From positions 202,641 through 266,640 of the IMG/VR virus record IMGVR_UViG_3300005253_001115: a stretch of DNA of 64,000 nucleotides, one strand, 5' to 3'. Below are positions 30,191 through 40,096 of this stretch, piece by piece. The position numbers and the translations under genes are program-made. A model generated the notes under the pieces. The model did not search any database, was not told the DNA's origin, and worked only from the letters and a program-made list of their open reading frames with translations. Numbering within the stretch: the stretch's first letter is position 1; the number at the start of each line of letters is the position of its first letter.

Positions 30191-30945
30191 CCTTGTTCTC
30201 CTTCGGCTTTCAGCCTATTTTCAGCAATTTCAAAAAAACTCTCGTCCATCTCGAAACCCAGTCCAACCCTGTTGGTTCTCTGGGCTGCCAGAAGCGTCGT
30301 ACCCGATCCTGCGAATGGATCGAGCACTGTAGCACCTTCTTGGGTCATCCACAAGAGGAATTGTTTAGCGAGCGCCACCGGTTTCTGTGTGGGGTGTCCG
30401 CACTTCTCCTTGCTTCCCAGAGTAAACACCCAATCTTCAATCTCCGATATTCTCTTGCGCTCTACTAACTCACCTTTCCTCTTCACATCTATGGGGTTGA
30501 GAGAAGGCTTGCCTTTGGCAAGGTAGATAATTGGTTCCCAGTCCCGCTTCGCGGCACCTTTCAAATCACCGCCGATAGCGAACCGCTTGTTCCAGGCGAT
30601 TGTTCCTTTGTACGTGAACCCCGACCGTTTTATGTTCTCCCAACGCTGTCCCAAGAAGGGCGGATTAGCGTGCAGCACGCAATAACTGTCGTCTTTCAAC
30701 ACCCTGAAGCACTCTGAGAAGAAGTCGTCCCAGGCAATAGCGGCGTTCTCTTCCGGTTCGTCCCCCGCGATGGGTTTTGAGAAACGGCTCTTAGATTCGC
30801 CGGATTTGTTCCAATTTTTCGATCCGGGTATATTTGAAACGTACCCAAGGCCATACGGTGGGTCCGTCAATACCAGATCCACAGACCCCTCTGTCACCTT
30901 CGGCAACAGGTCTTCCCACCTACCCCAGTGCATTCCGTTTAGCAT
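30187..30945 (-). CDS. N4C/N6A DNA methyltransferase (beta class)
   Basis: DLVLTDPPY ... HPTQKP ... VLDPFAGSGTT. Confidence 0.92.
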   Translation of the reverse strand: MLNGMHWGRWEDLLPKVTEGSVDLVLTDPPYGLGYVSNIPGSKNWNKSGESKSRFSKPIAGDEPEENAAIAWDDFFSECFRVLKDDSYCVLHANPPFLGQRWENIKRSGFTYKGTIAWNKRFAIGGDLKGAAKRDWEPIIYLAKGKPSLNPIDVKRKGELVERKRISEIEDWVFTLGSKEKCGHPTQKPVALAKQFLLWMTQEGATVLDPFAGSGTTLLAAQRTNRVGLGFEMDESFFEIAENRLKAEGEQG

Positions 30946-30958
30946 ACTCCTCTTTAGT

Positions 30959-31678
30959 CTACCACTCTACAAGAGTGCCGAGGGATGTTTTTGCTTCTTC
31001 AAGAATCTTCTCCGCTTCCTCCAAAGAAGTAAAAGTGCCAAGAGAAAGGACAACCCGGTACTGGTCTTCGAGCCCAGCCACCCGTTTTTTTCCTTTGTGG
31101 CTAAGGGGTTTTGTGGTAGCTTTTTGCCTGTAAATCCCCGGAGGTAAATCTCTGTTAAGGGTTGTGCGCCTGTTGAGTGTTTGTTGCCTATGTGTTGCCC
31201 ACCGCAAATTACCGGGTTCATAGTTTCCGTCGTTGTTAATTCGATCAAGAGAGTGCTCTTCGGGGCGTGGTCCCAGGTTTTCCTCCAGCCACCGTATAAA
31301 CGCGCCTGCGTCGTCTATCCACGGCTCATACATCTTAATGCCACGAGCACTGTAGTAGGCATGATACTTGCGACTTTTTCCACCACATCTTTCTTTAATG
31401 GAACACCACAGAGAGTACATAGGATTCTTTCCTCCTACTGGACTATATCCGTGCTTCTGTCTGTGCATATTTGCGCCGCAACTTTTGGTTACACCACTCA
31501 CACAATTGCCCAAATATACAATTTTCTCGACACCGCATTCACATATAGTGGCGACCTGACGACCGTTCTTTATTGTGGGAAACACCTCGTGTAGTACGGT
31601 CAGGGTTCCATAGACATTCCCCACCACATCCTTAGGCAAGGAACTACGTCGGCGCTTCCAGTTTTCTCCTCGGGGCAT
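30959..31678 (-). CDS. HNH homing-endonuclease-like protein
   Basis: KSCG, Y..RGI, SLDRINNDGNYEPGNLRWAT. Confidence 0.8.
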   Translation of the reverse strand: MPRGENWKRRRSSLPKDVVGNVYGTLTVLHEVFPTIKNGRQVATICECGVEKIVYLGNCVSGVTKSCGANMHRQKHGYSPVGGKNPMYSLWCSIKERCGGKSRKYHAYYSARGIKMYEPWIDDAGAFIRWLEENLGPRPEEHSLDRINNDGNYEPGNLRWATHRQQTLNRRTTLNRDLPPGIYRQKATTKPLSHKGKKRVAGLEDQYRVVLSLGTFTSLEEAEKILEEAKTSLGTLVEW

Positions 31679-31695
31679 GTAAATTCCTAGTTCGC

Positions 31696-32121
31696 CTATA
31701 TCTTCGCCACCTTCGCACATTTGTCGCACTTCTGCCTATGGATTTTGGCGTACCCAAATAGCTCATGGCTACAGTCAGTACCTGTGCAGAACACTCGGTG
31801 CTCGCCAGCGTTGGGCGTAATGGCAAACAGGTCTCCGGGTCCAGCCTCCGAGGGTTTCACCTTCGTGAACCACCCATCGGCGTTCAAGTCTGCCAGGAAC
31901 CGGGAGAGCTTGCCTCGCGTGGACAGATGCCCGCCCCCGCTCTTGAAGCCAGAAATGCGCTCGTAATCGCCTTTCTTCAACTTCTCAATCCAGATGTAAA
32001 CAAAAGTCCGCTCGCCGTTCATGTCCGTGATCCAAAGGCTATCGGGATTGATCCCGAACTCCTTGGCAATGAAGTCAGTCCATTTGTGAGTGAACTCTTT
32101 TGCTTTCTTTGTAACGGGCAT
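31696..32121 (-). CDS. Hypothetical protein with C-terminal Cys motif
   Basis: ATG overlaps the NUDIX stop. Confidence 0.5.
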   Translation of the reverse strand: MPVTKKAKEFTHKWTDFIAKEFGINPDSLWITDMNGERTFVYIWIEKLKKGDYERISGFKSGGGHLSTRGKLSRFLADLNADGWFTKVKPSEAGPGDLFAITPNAGEHRVFCTGTDCSHELFGYAKIHRQKCDKCAKVAKI

Positions 32122-32588
32122 TAGCGATACACCTGCATTGTAGGTAGCGGCTGCGGATCGAGAGACAACGGGATCAGCCAACGCAGATTGAATAGCACAG
32201 ACCCAGGCAGTTGGTCAACATACGTGATGACAACTTTCTCGTCTGTCGTGGATTTCAGTTGCTCAAGCGGGATGTTGAAAGCCTTGAAGCACTCTACCTG
32301 CCACGAGTCGTTACCCATTATATGGAATGATTGCCAGACCTCGACTTGCGTACTGAATCCGGTTTCTTCTCGAAACTCCCGAACCATGGCCTCTAGACCG
32401 GCACAGCTAGCGCCATGATCGCGATCGAAGTCCTCTATCATACCACCGATGCCATTCAGGTGCCCTGCCTGCCACTCAGGCTTGATTTTGCGGATCAATG
32501 CCACCCTACCCCGTTGGGGCCACATGTTTGGCTTAGGCTGGGGGATGTCGAATGCGAATCCGAGACAGTAACTCGTGAATTCTGTCAT
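32121..32588 (-). CDS. NUDIX hydrolase
   Basis: NGIGG.IE...AMVREFREETG. Confidence 0.85.
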   Translation of the reverse strand: MTEFTSYCLGFAFDIPQPKPNMWPQRGRVALIRKIKPEWQAGHLNGIGGMIEDFDRDHGASCAGLEAMVREFREETGFSTQVEVWQSFHIMGNDSWQVECFKAFNIPLEQLKSTTDEKVVITYVDQLPGSVLFNLRWLIPLSLDPQPLPTMQVYR

Positions 32589-32962
32589 TCGCTGACCTTG
32601 CGGTCAGGGTTGCGGGCGCTCCACTTCTTGCCCCTCTGGGCACGGCGGCGCTCCTCGAATGCAGACTGCCCATCGTCACCAAGAGGGTGACGGTCGGACA
32701 TGGCAATCTTCGTATTGACAGCCGCAGCCATCCCTTTCACCGCATCCTTGAGGCCACGGATGCGATCCTTCTCATCGCCGTCCATGTTGCCCGTCCAGAT
32801 ACGGAGGGTATTCTTGCGGAACTTACGACGACGCGCAACGTCCGGGTCCCCGGAGGACATGGGGACAGCATCAAGGAAAACTGCCGAGGGGTCAATCCCG
32901 AGGAACGTAGCGACATCATCAACAAGGCCGACCTGCTTTCTGCGAGACTTGGGCACGGGCAT
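32585..32962 (-). CDS. Hypothetical protein
   Basis: Preceded by the promoter motif. Confidence 0.6.
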   Translation of the reverse strand: MPVPKSRRKQVGLVDDVATFLGIDPSAVFLDAVPMSSGDPDVARRRKFRKNTLRIWTGNMDGDEKDRIRGLKDAVKGMAAAVNTKIAMSDRHPLGDDGQSAFEERRRAQRGKKWSARNPDRKVSE

Positions 32963-32972
32963 CTCTTACTCC

Positions 32973-32998
32973 TCGGTCTCTGCGGCTCAGAACTTTAG
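32973..32998 (-). promoter_or_regulatory. Sigma28-like promoter (CTAAAG-N16-CCGA-N10-ATG)
   Basis: Repeated motif. Confidence 0.65.
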
Positions 32999-33010
32999 CG
33001 AAAACTTATA

Positions 33011-33072
33011 CCGGGTGTGGTTTCCCACTTGAACGGCTTCTCAGCGGTTTCCCGCTCCACCACGCAGCCCGG
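33011..33072 (-). ncRNA. Candidate small structured RNA with a kink-turn and two GAAA tetraloops
   Basis: Minus strand: CCGGG..GGUGGA-GCGG-GAAA-CCGC-UGAGAAGCC..GUGG-GAAA-CCAC-ACCCGG; intergenic. Confidence 0.5.
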
Positions 33073-33075
33073 CGG

Positions 33076-33327
33076 CTACGAAGGGTTTGTGTATCTCTCC
33101 ACGAGGAGAGGCGCGGCATCAAGGATCGACATGATATCCTTCTTGCCAACCCCCGTTGCGTCGTGCAACAGTAGCACAATCGCTCGTCTTTTCAAGCCAG
33201 ATTCGTTGATCTGGTCGAAGCCGTCTGCCACTTTGTGGAGGCTGGAGACTATGATGCTGAGCGGCTCCTCAGTATCGTTATCGACCGTAACATGGGAGTT
33301 CTTGAGTTCTTTCTTAGGTCTGGGCAT
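33076..33327 (-). CDS. Hypothetical protein
   Basis: ORF tiles in the operon. Confidence 0.55.
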   Translation of the reverse strand: MPRPKKELKNSHVTVDNDTEEPLSIIVSSLHKVADGFDQINESGLKRRAIVLLLHDATGVGKKDIMSILDAAPLLVERYTNPS

Positions 33328-33589
33328 TCTTCCTCGCTTTCTGCGCCTCTATTGCTGCTCGTCTACCTGTAGATGCGGCGTTCTTGGGCGTGGCCTCTGC
33401 AAGATCGCTGGGCCAGTGTTTCGGGTTGTCCGTCCAGTCATTGCCATCTTGATGCAAGAAGACACCCCACATCTTACCTTCATGCTCTGTCTTAGCAAAA
33501 CAGTCCAGCCCTTGACTGTGCCCTTTGGGTCGGATACATCCCAGACCCAGACTGGGATAGCCCATGCTGCACAGTTCACCGCCCGGCAT
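33314..33589 (-). CDS. Hypothetical protein with C-terminal RRxAIxAQK motif
   Basis: Start reassigned to ATG 33589. Confidence 0.55.
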   Translation of the reverse strand: MPGGELCSMGYPSLGLGCIRPKGHSQGLDCFAKTEHEGKMWGVFLHQDGNDWTDNPKHWPSDLAEATPKNAASTGRRAAIEAQKARKNAQT

Positions 33590-33758
33590 TTTTCCTCGCT
33601 TTCTGCGCCGCGATTGCTGCTCGTCTGCCTGTCGGCTCGACCTTAGGTAGCTCGGTCTTCGCCTTGGGCATGGTACTGATAGCCTCAGCACACAGATTAA
33701 ACGCCCAGATGGCGTAGTCCCCAGGATACGATACGTCTTCATTCTTTTTATACGGCAT
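33576..33758 (-). CDS. Hypothetical protein with C-terminal RRxAIxAQK motif
   Basis: ORF tiles; shares a 3' DNA repeat with the downstream gene. Confidence 0.55.
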   Translation of the reverse strand: MPYKKNEDVSYPGDYAIWAFNLCAEAISTMPKAKTELPKVEPTGRRAAIAAQKARKNAGR

Positions 33759-34639
33759 TTTTCCACCACTCCTTGTCTATCTTCTCAAGCTCCGGCCCGA
33801 GTTTACTAGGAAAGACCACGGCGTAGCCCTCATCGTCGTTGATCTCGATGTGGTCGTGGTTGGTAGTGAGACGTGCAACTGCCTTGTAGAAAGCGCGCAA
33901 CTTATCTAGTTCGGCTGCTTCTTTCTCAGTCATTTGCGTCTCATCAATGTAACAGCGCTCTACGCTGCAACACCTGCGCCATGGCAGCCTTGAAGTTGGC
34001 TGCTGCGATCAGTATGTCCTGGGTGTTTCGGTCTTTCACCACCTGTACCAACTCATCGAGAGGCAGTGGCTCCAACGATTCTGCGAACGTAACGAACGCC
34101 CGAGACAGCGTGGGCAGATCTGCAAGTACATCGTTAACTGATAGATTCTTCATCAAAAAACTGCCTCAAGACCACTTTGGTACGGTCGGCAATGACCATA
34201 CCCATCGCTTCCACCACGGCTTCCACCGGACCGTTGTATGAGCCTACTAGCAAGTTTCCCGCCAACACCCGGGAAGGACCCTCGTCCCGTATGTGGACAG
34301 TGTATCCCTTGATCGTCAGGATTCCGGTTGAGGAGTCTGCCTTGACGTGGAAGTCGTGAGAGTCCTCAGGACCGCCCTCAAACAGCTCCACTGCCCTTTC
34401 GGCTGCCATCAGGGCCTTGCTGAAATTACTCATCTTGCTCTGGTCCATACTGAACTCCCATTCGCTCCTCGTAGGAGGGCGTCTTAGGGTAGAGATCTTT
34501 TACCCTTTGTTGGCGTTTTTCTTCCTCATCCCACGCAACCGCTCTATTTTTTGCGTCCTGCCACAAAAGAAAATGCACCCAGCCAAACACAGAGATGACG
34601 ATCCCTGCGGGAAGCCATGCAACTACAGTGACCCAGACC

Positions 34640-34960
34640 TCAGCGTTCATGACGCTTTCTCAGGCCGAACCAGAACTCTTGCATCTTGCCCAGCATGTAG
34701 TGGGTGATCTCCCCCACGCTGAGTTTGGCGATCACTGAATCGATGCCACAAAAGGGGCACAGTGCCGTGGCGTTACCGTGCATACCTGCATCCGGCATGC
34801 GAGATAAGAACGGGGTATCGTCAATCCACTCCTTGATAGGAAAATCCAGAGGGTCCCAGATGCGCTCGCAACAGAAACACCCCACCTGATTCGATGCCTC
34901 GATGGCGTGTCGATTCAGAGTGGACTTGCTGTGGATCTCGTGAAGCTGGCTTTCATTCAT
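34640..34960 (-). CDS. Cys-rich hypothetical protein
   Basis: GCFCC...TALCPFCGIDSVI, probably metal-binding. Confidence 0.65.
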   Translation of the reverse strand: MNESQLHEIHSKSTLNRHAIEASNQVGCFCCERIWDPLDFPIKEWIDDTPFLSRMPDAGMHGNATALCPFCGIDSVIAKLSVGEITHYMLGKMQEFWFGLRKRHER

Positions 34961-35317
34961 GAGTTACCTTTAGACAAGCTGAAAAAGTTTGGCTCCAATC
35001 CCGAATTTCTAAAAAGCTGGCGTATCTCTGTGGTAGTTCCGGGAACGATCAACCCGGGTACGATAGCAGCAGACGTGGAGAATGTACGGAGTTCTCTCCC
35101 GATGGCCACTGGCGCTGCGCCAATAGGCGATTCTGGTTTTGGGGCGTCTCCCTGAGGTCCAGATGAATTGTATCCAAAGACCAGAGACATCTGCGAGGAC
35201 TAGGGCAACCAGAGAACAACTGCTCCACTGTAACACATGATATCACCCCAATATTGATATGAAATAGAGTAGATAGCATGACTCTGATACACAAGCCACC
35301 CACCAACTTGAAGGAAT

Positions 35318-35845
35318 ATGATAGTGAAATCACTCAAAGAAATGATGGAATTAGGACATACTGTACAACTCGATGATGCCGAAGAGGAGATATATGCGGC
35401 ACTCGCTGGCTCTGGTCACCTTGATTCGCACATGTTGACACTTGCCGGACCGCTCGACGGGAAGCCTCGGCCACCTGAATGGTTTCGGGAGGAATTCCAC
35501 ACTATGTGTGCCGCTTACTTGCGCATGTACGACGAAAACCCTCAATGGCACATGGTGATAAATCGAGGCTGGTCCGGCACTGGTCAATGGAGTGCGCACG
35601 TAACTTGGGTGAACGAGAAGCCCCGGAAATTGAAATTCTTCACTTGGTGGTGGAATAAGCGTTTCGGCACGATGCGTTGTGTGCTATCTGTACACTCGAA
35701 TGGTCTCCGGTATATCGTAAAGAACATGGTGCAACCCGACGCCCGGACCTACGAAGGAGCACGAAATCGCCGAAATACCAAAAAAAGAGGTAAAGGTTTC
35801 CGTGGGGTTACCGATAAAGAGACCGATGCCGAAATCGAAGGATGA
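35318..35845 (+). CDS. Hypothetical protein
   Basis: 175-aa ORF with SD AAGGA. Confidence 0.55.
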   Translation: MIVKSLKEMMELGHTVQLDDAEEEIYAALAGSGHLDSHMLTLAGPLDGKPRPPEWFREEFHTMCAAYLRMYDENPQWHMVINRGWSGTGQWSAHVTWVNEKPRKLKFFTWWWNKRFGTMRCVLSVHSNGLRYIVKNMVQPDARTYEGARNRRNTKKRGKGFRGVTDKETDAEIEG

Positions 35846-36314
35846 CCCCAGAGAATTCAAGAACGAGAGCCTGCGAGACTGCTCAATGGACCGAGACGCC
35901 CAAGATATCCGCCGTCACGGGGAGCTTGAGAAGGCCAAGGACCGGGGCACCGCCAACATCGCCGAATACTTCTCTGGGATTCCGGCCGATCTGCTGACTG
36001 GGCTACCGGAGGTCATCAAGTCCCTTCCTGGGAAACTCGATGAGGACATGCTCGATATTTTGGCTGGTGCTCAACAAGCTCTGGAGATGCGGGACGCAGA
36101 AGACGACTAGGGCCTGTGCTGCCAACACTGGATAACGTCCTCGATATCCTCCCGCTGGCGTTTGCATCTCGAACCGGCCCGGGTATCTTCAACGCAGCGC
36201 ATCAAGTCTGCCTCAAGATACTCCATGATGTGCTTGAGACGAGTACGCAACTCGTTCGTGACGCGCTCGGAATCCCAGTCTAAATCGCTGTCGGCCATGC
36301 TGCCTCGCTCCCTA

Positions 36315-36656
36315 TTAGTGTATCCTACCTTTCATGGTCGCAGTTGAGACTGAAGTGGTGTCCTTCAGCGGATCTTGTCCTGCGGGAACGATGTAATCGA
36401 AACCCCGTATTTCTTGCTTTACTTTATTCAAGGTCGCTACCACACCATCCCAATACATCGAGAGATCCGGTGGCATGTCCCCGCCAGAGACCACTACGTG
36501 GTAGGCATTCGTCCTGATCTTCTGCTCAATCGCGAATCCAAGCTGGTGAGGGCCGGTGATAATGGAACCCATCTGGCCCAGCTTGTCATTCCAGTTGACG
36601 ATCTCGTAATCGAGGTATCCGATGCCTTTGCCGTTTAGCGTGAATCTGATACGCAT
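36315..36656 (-). CDS. Hypothetical protein coupled to the upstream metallopeptidase-like gene
   Basis: TAATG stop/start overlap. Confidence 0.55.
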   Translation of the reverse strand: MRIRFTLNGKGIGYLDYEIVNWNDKLGQMGSIITGPHQLGFAIEQKIRTNAYHVVVSGGDMPPDLSMYWDGVVATLNKVKQEIRGFDYIVPAGQDPLKDTTSVSTATMKGRIH

Positions 36657-38917
36657 TAGTAGCCCCTCAGCGTGGCGATGATAAGGGCCATGTGCTCAGG
36701 GTCGTCCCGAACCATAGCACCCCACATGTGCTCGTTGTAGAATGCCTGGACCCCCATAGAGACTAGCTCGCCATGCCCTTCCCGGTCACCGTAGCTCTTA
36801 CCACAGTAGACAGAGAAGAAGTGGTCAGGAATGAACTCCTCGTTTTTGTCATAGTGCCTCAGGTCAGGATACGGCTGCCCTGTTTTGGGGTCAATATCCC
36901 CGTTCCTGACGAGGGGCTGGCCTTCTGTCCGGTTCTTGTAGAAACCAGAGAAACGTCGAGCTGTATCGGGGTTGCTAAACTCCATGTGGTGCGCGAATTC
37001 GTGGATGGCGATATCGTCCCTGTCCGAAGCCGACCCCCCGCTGTACTTGCGTGTGGTGTCCCACATCTCATGCTTAGGTACCTTCTTGAGGTCCGCCCCT
37101 ACACTGAGGCAGATACGCCCGTCGGACGAGCTGGCGTAGGCTCGCACCATAACCTCCGATTCCCATGTTATGCCCACCATCCCCGGCCCACCCACCACAT
37201 CACGGTGGGCAATCGAGAACAGGTCTTGTAGGCTCTCTTGGATCTTAGCGGAATTCGGATAGCGTGAGCTTTCCTCCAGCGTCTCCTTGGATATCTGGTC
37301 TCGGTGCTTCTGTCTCAAGACCAACAGCTTCTTTCCTGTCAAGCCAGCGATGCCCTTGCCTTTCGCGACTGTGTAGTCCTCATCTTTTTCGTTAATCTCA
37401 GCCCACGCAGCATTCCCTACATTGTGCAGTATTTCACCAGCGCTTTCGGCATCAATTTGGGTGTATTGGTTGACTTTCCTCATTGCATTTTTGATGGGTT
37501 GGCGAATTTTCTCCGCCTCCTTCAGGATCTTTTCGCTCGCCCGTAGTACGCCCATGTGCGCGTTTCTTCCGAGTTGGTCGATGGCATCTTTGTCGTCTTC
37601 TAGGTCAGAGACCAGTTTAGCGAATTCACCCGTCTCCAGAGACTTGCTGTCTCTACGCTTTAGGATGTCAGCCTTTCTAGTTTGGTACTCCTTTTCGAAT
37701 TCCTCAGAAGCGTATTCTGCCTCTGCCAGGGCGGACCCTGCCAGCATGTAAGCTCTTTGTGCCGCGTCGATACCAGACCAATCAGCCCACTGCTTCATTT
37801 CCGTGGTCGCTTTCTCAGCAGCTTTGCGGTGATCGTGAAGATAGGAGTTCGGTGTCCATGATTCACTTAGACCGAAGCTCTCCCACAACATCCTGTTCGC
37901 CGACTCATCTCCAACTCTGGCCGAGCGGTCTAGTATTGCCATCGCCAGCTTCGTATTAGTCTCGAAGGGGGACCTTTCAACGGGGTCGATTTGTTGCCCC
38001 ATTCGCATTCGAAGCAAGTTCTGAAGAGTAACGGGTGCATCGGGATCATCCACGAACATCCTAGCTAAGTCGGCTCCTCCGAGTGTGGGCGACTCCCGCC
38101 AACTCGCCAGAAGCTCTTTCATTTTCGTTATCTTGCGGTAGGCGAGGTCCCGCCCAGAGTCCGGGATAGCGTCCATGTCAAAATTAGACAACTGTAGTAG
38201 ATCTTCTACCTCTAGAGTTTCCGGTCTATTTTGTACCTTGTCCCAGGTTTGAATGTCTCGCGGGTCGTCAGCCTTGATCGAGCTATTGAACTGATCCACA
38301 GCGAACTGGGCTTTGTCTACTTTCTTTTTGAAGTAGTTACCGCCTCTCTTGCTGGGCGGAATATCCTTATTGCTAATAAACTCCAGCGCCTCGTTTACAG
38401 CGGCTTGTAGCGCCTCGACGGCCTTCAGGTTCTCGGCCCTGTCGTCGCTTTGGAGAGCCTGGGCAGCCTCTTTCAGCTTGATGGCTTTGGTGTTGCCCTT
38501 CGGGGTTCTAACCAGTACAGCCTGAAGGGACTCAAGAGCTTGAGCCACCATGTCCTTCTGGCGTGCCCACTGTCCTTCCGGCACCAACTCAATAGCCTCC
38601 GCAGAGGGGCCAGGCTCCTCAGGAGCGGGCTCGCTGGGCTTGTTGTCATCCCAGTCCACATCCCGCTCGTTACGCTCGTCAGCGGAGTTCTCGTCGGTCC
38701 AGTAAGGGTTCTCTCCTGGCTCTGGTCGGTGAGCTTCTCCGTCGTGGCAGTCCTTGTCTTTTGAGATCCACCCGTCACCACAAGGGATATCGTCGGGACT
38801 GTTAGGTACTTTGTCGCCCGCGTAAGCAGGGTCCTCGTCTTCCGTAATGAAGCTGTCCCAATTCAAAAAATCACGCATCGGTAGCCACCTAAAGGGGTTT
38901 ACACTAGAAATAACCAT
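36656..38917 (-). CDS. Large protein with C-terminal HExxH zincin-like domain
   Basis: IHEFAHHME...YCGKSY...ELVSMG...DPEH; N-terminal CGDGWISKDKDC. Confidence 0.65.
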   Translation of the reverse strand: MVISSVNPFRWLPMRDFLNWDSFITEDEDPAYAGDKVPNSPDDIPCGDGWISKDKDCHDGEAHRPEPGENPYWTDENSADERNERDVDWDDNKPSEPAPEEPGPSAEAIELVPEGQWARQKDMVAQALESLQAVLVRTPKGNTKAIKLKEAAQALQSDDRAENLKAVEALQAAVNEALEFISNKDIPPSKRGGNYFKKKVDKAQFAVDQFNSSIKADDPRDIQTWDKVQNRPETLEVEDLLQLSNFDMDAIPDSGRDLAYRKITKMKELLASWRESPTLGGADLARMFVDDPDAPVTLQNLLRMRMGQQIDPVERSPFETNTKLAMAILDRSARVGDESANRMLWESFGLSESWTPNSYLHDHRKAAEKATTEMKQWADWSGIDAAQRAYMLAGSALAEAEYASEEFEKEYQTRKADILKRRDSKSLETGEFAKLVSDLEDDKDAIDQLGRNAHMGVLRASEKILKEAEKIRQPIKNAMRKVNQYTQIDAESAGEILHNVGNAAWAEINEKDEDYTVAKGKGIAGLTGKKLLVLRQKHRDQISKETLEESSRYPNSAKIQESLQDLFSIAHRDVVGGPGMVGITWESEVMVRAYASSSDGRICLSVGADLKKVPKHEMWDTTRKYSGGSASDRDDIAIHEFAHHMEFSNPDTARRFSGFYKNRTEGQPLVRNGDIDPKTGQPYPDLRHYDKNEEFIPDHFFSVYCGKSYGDREGHGELVSMGVQAFYNEHMWGAMVRDDPEHMALIIATLRGY

Positions 38918-38938
38918 CTAATGAGGGCATCGGATTCC

Positions 38939-39475
38939 CTAGTTGCCCCTTTCTTTCATCTTTTTGGCCCACTTCTTCTGCCACTCGGACTGCGGAGTGT
39001 CGTTCAGAATATCCTCGACCGAAGCCGTAGCCCTGTGTGGCCCAGAGGCTCTTGTTTGCGATCTACGGGCTTTTCTCCTTCTAGGCGATGGCGGAGTGGC
39101 CTTAGCGAAGAGGTGGTCCCTCTGCTCGTCATAGTAACCGTCAGGGCCAGATTTGTAATACTTCAGGGTTGGATCGTTGGTTCCCCAGTTCGGCGGGGGC
39201 GGCTTCCTTCTGGCTTCCTTCCGCTTCTTCTCCCTATGGTGGTAAGAGGTCCCCGTGGGGGGTTTTGACCTTATCACCGGCTCTCGGTACGGACACTTCC
39301 CTGCCTTGGTGGGGTTGGTGATTGCTCGGTAGGCCCAATTGACCAATTGGAACTCCATATCTGGTAGATCCGGGTTCAGGTCAGGATGGGTTTCCCTGGA
39401 GAGCTTCCGGTAAGCGTTCTTGATCCGCTTCCTAGTGGAACCTCTTTCAATTTCGAGCACCTTGTACGGGTCCAT
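38939..39475 (-). CDS. DnaJ (J-domain) protein
   Basis: DPYKVL...IKNAYRKL...HPDLN. Confidence 0.85.
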   Translation of the reverse strand: MDPYKVLEIERGSTRKRIKNAYRKLSRETHPDLNPDLPDMEFQLVNWAYRAITNPTKAGKCPYREPVIRSKPPTGTSYHHREKKRKEARRKPPPPNWGTNDPTLKYYKSGPDGYYDEQRDHLFAKATPPSPRRRKARRSQTRASGPHRATASVEDILNDTPQSEWQKKWAKKMKERGN

Positions 39476-39633
39476 GCGTCTAAATAGCGCATTTAGATGT
39501 TACAGTCTCCAAAAGATAAAGCCTCCGAAGCCTAACATAGCCAAGAGCGCAATTACCTCAATTATGTCCATTAGTGACCAACCGCACCTCAGTAGATATA
39601 TTTCGGCGCGTACCAACCGTACACCTAAACTGT

Positions 39634-40038
39634 TCATTTTCTCTCCTCTGCCGCGAAATGCTGCTGAACATCCGACAGAAGCTCGTCCAGCTTCCCCTCA
39701 AGGATGTCCTTGTAGCGATAGGTCTTCCCGGAACGGTGGTCCTTCACACGCTGATCGGACTCGTGATAAGTCCTTACACGTTCTGTACTTGTAGCCTCTA
39801 CTTGCGTTTTAGCGGCCTCTTTCATCAGAGGCACGAGGATATTCGTCATGCGCTTGAAGGCAGCCTTCTTGTTCTTTCCCTGCTCCTTATGCTCCTCGGC
39901 TTTAGCTGTAATCCCAGTTTCTACATGTGTTAATCGAACAGCCGTATCCCTTTTATTTCGATTTTGACCACCTTTGCCGCTAGCGCGGTAGTAGTCGATT
40001 CTGATGTCTTCTTTACGAACTGTCTGTGGCCACGCCAT
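39634..40038 (-). CDS. GGQ peptidyl-tRNA hydrolase domain protein (truncated class I release factor-like)
   Basis: RASGKGGQNRNKRDTAVRLTH...RTYH...RVKDHR; start reassigned to 40038. Confidence 0.88.
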   Translation of the reverse strand: MAWPQTVRKEDIRIDYYRASGKGGQNRNKRDTAVRLTHVETGITAKAEEHKEQGKNKKAAFKRMTNILVPLMKEAAKTQVEATSTERVRTYHESDQRVKDHRSGKTYRYKDILEGKLDELLSDVQQHFAAEERK

Positions 40039-40096
40039 TTTGTTTCTCACATGCTTATGTTTAGGAGGGAGTATTACTAAAGAAAGGATCATCTTT

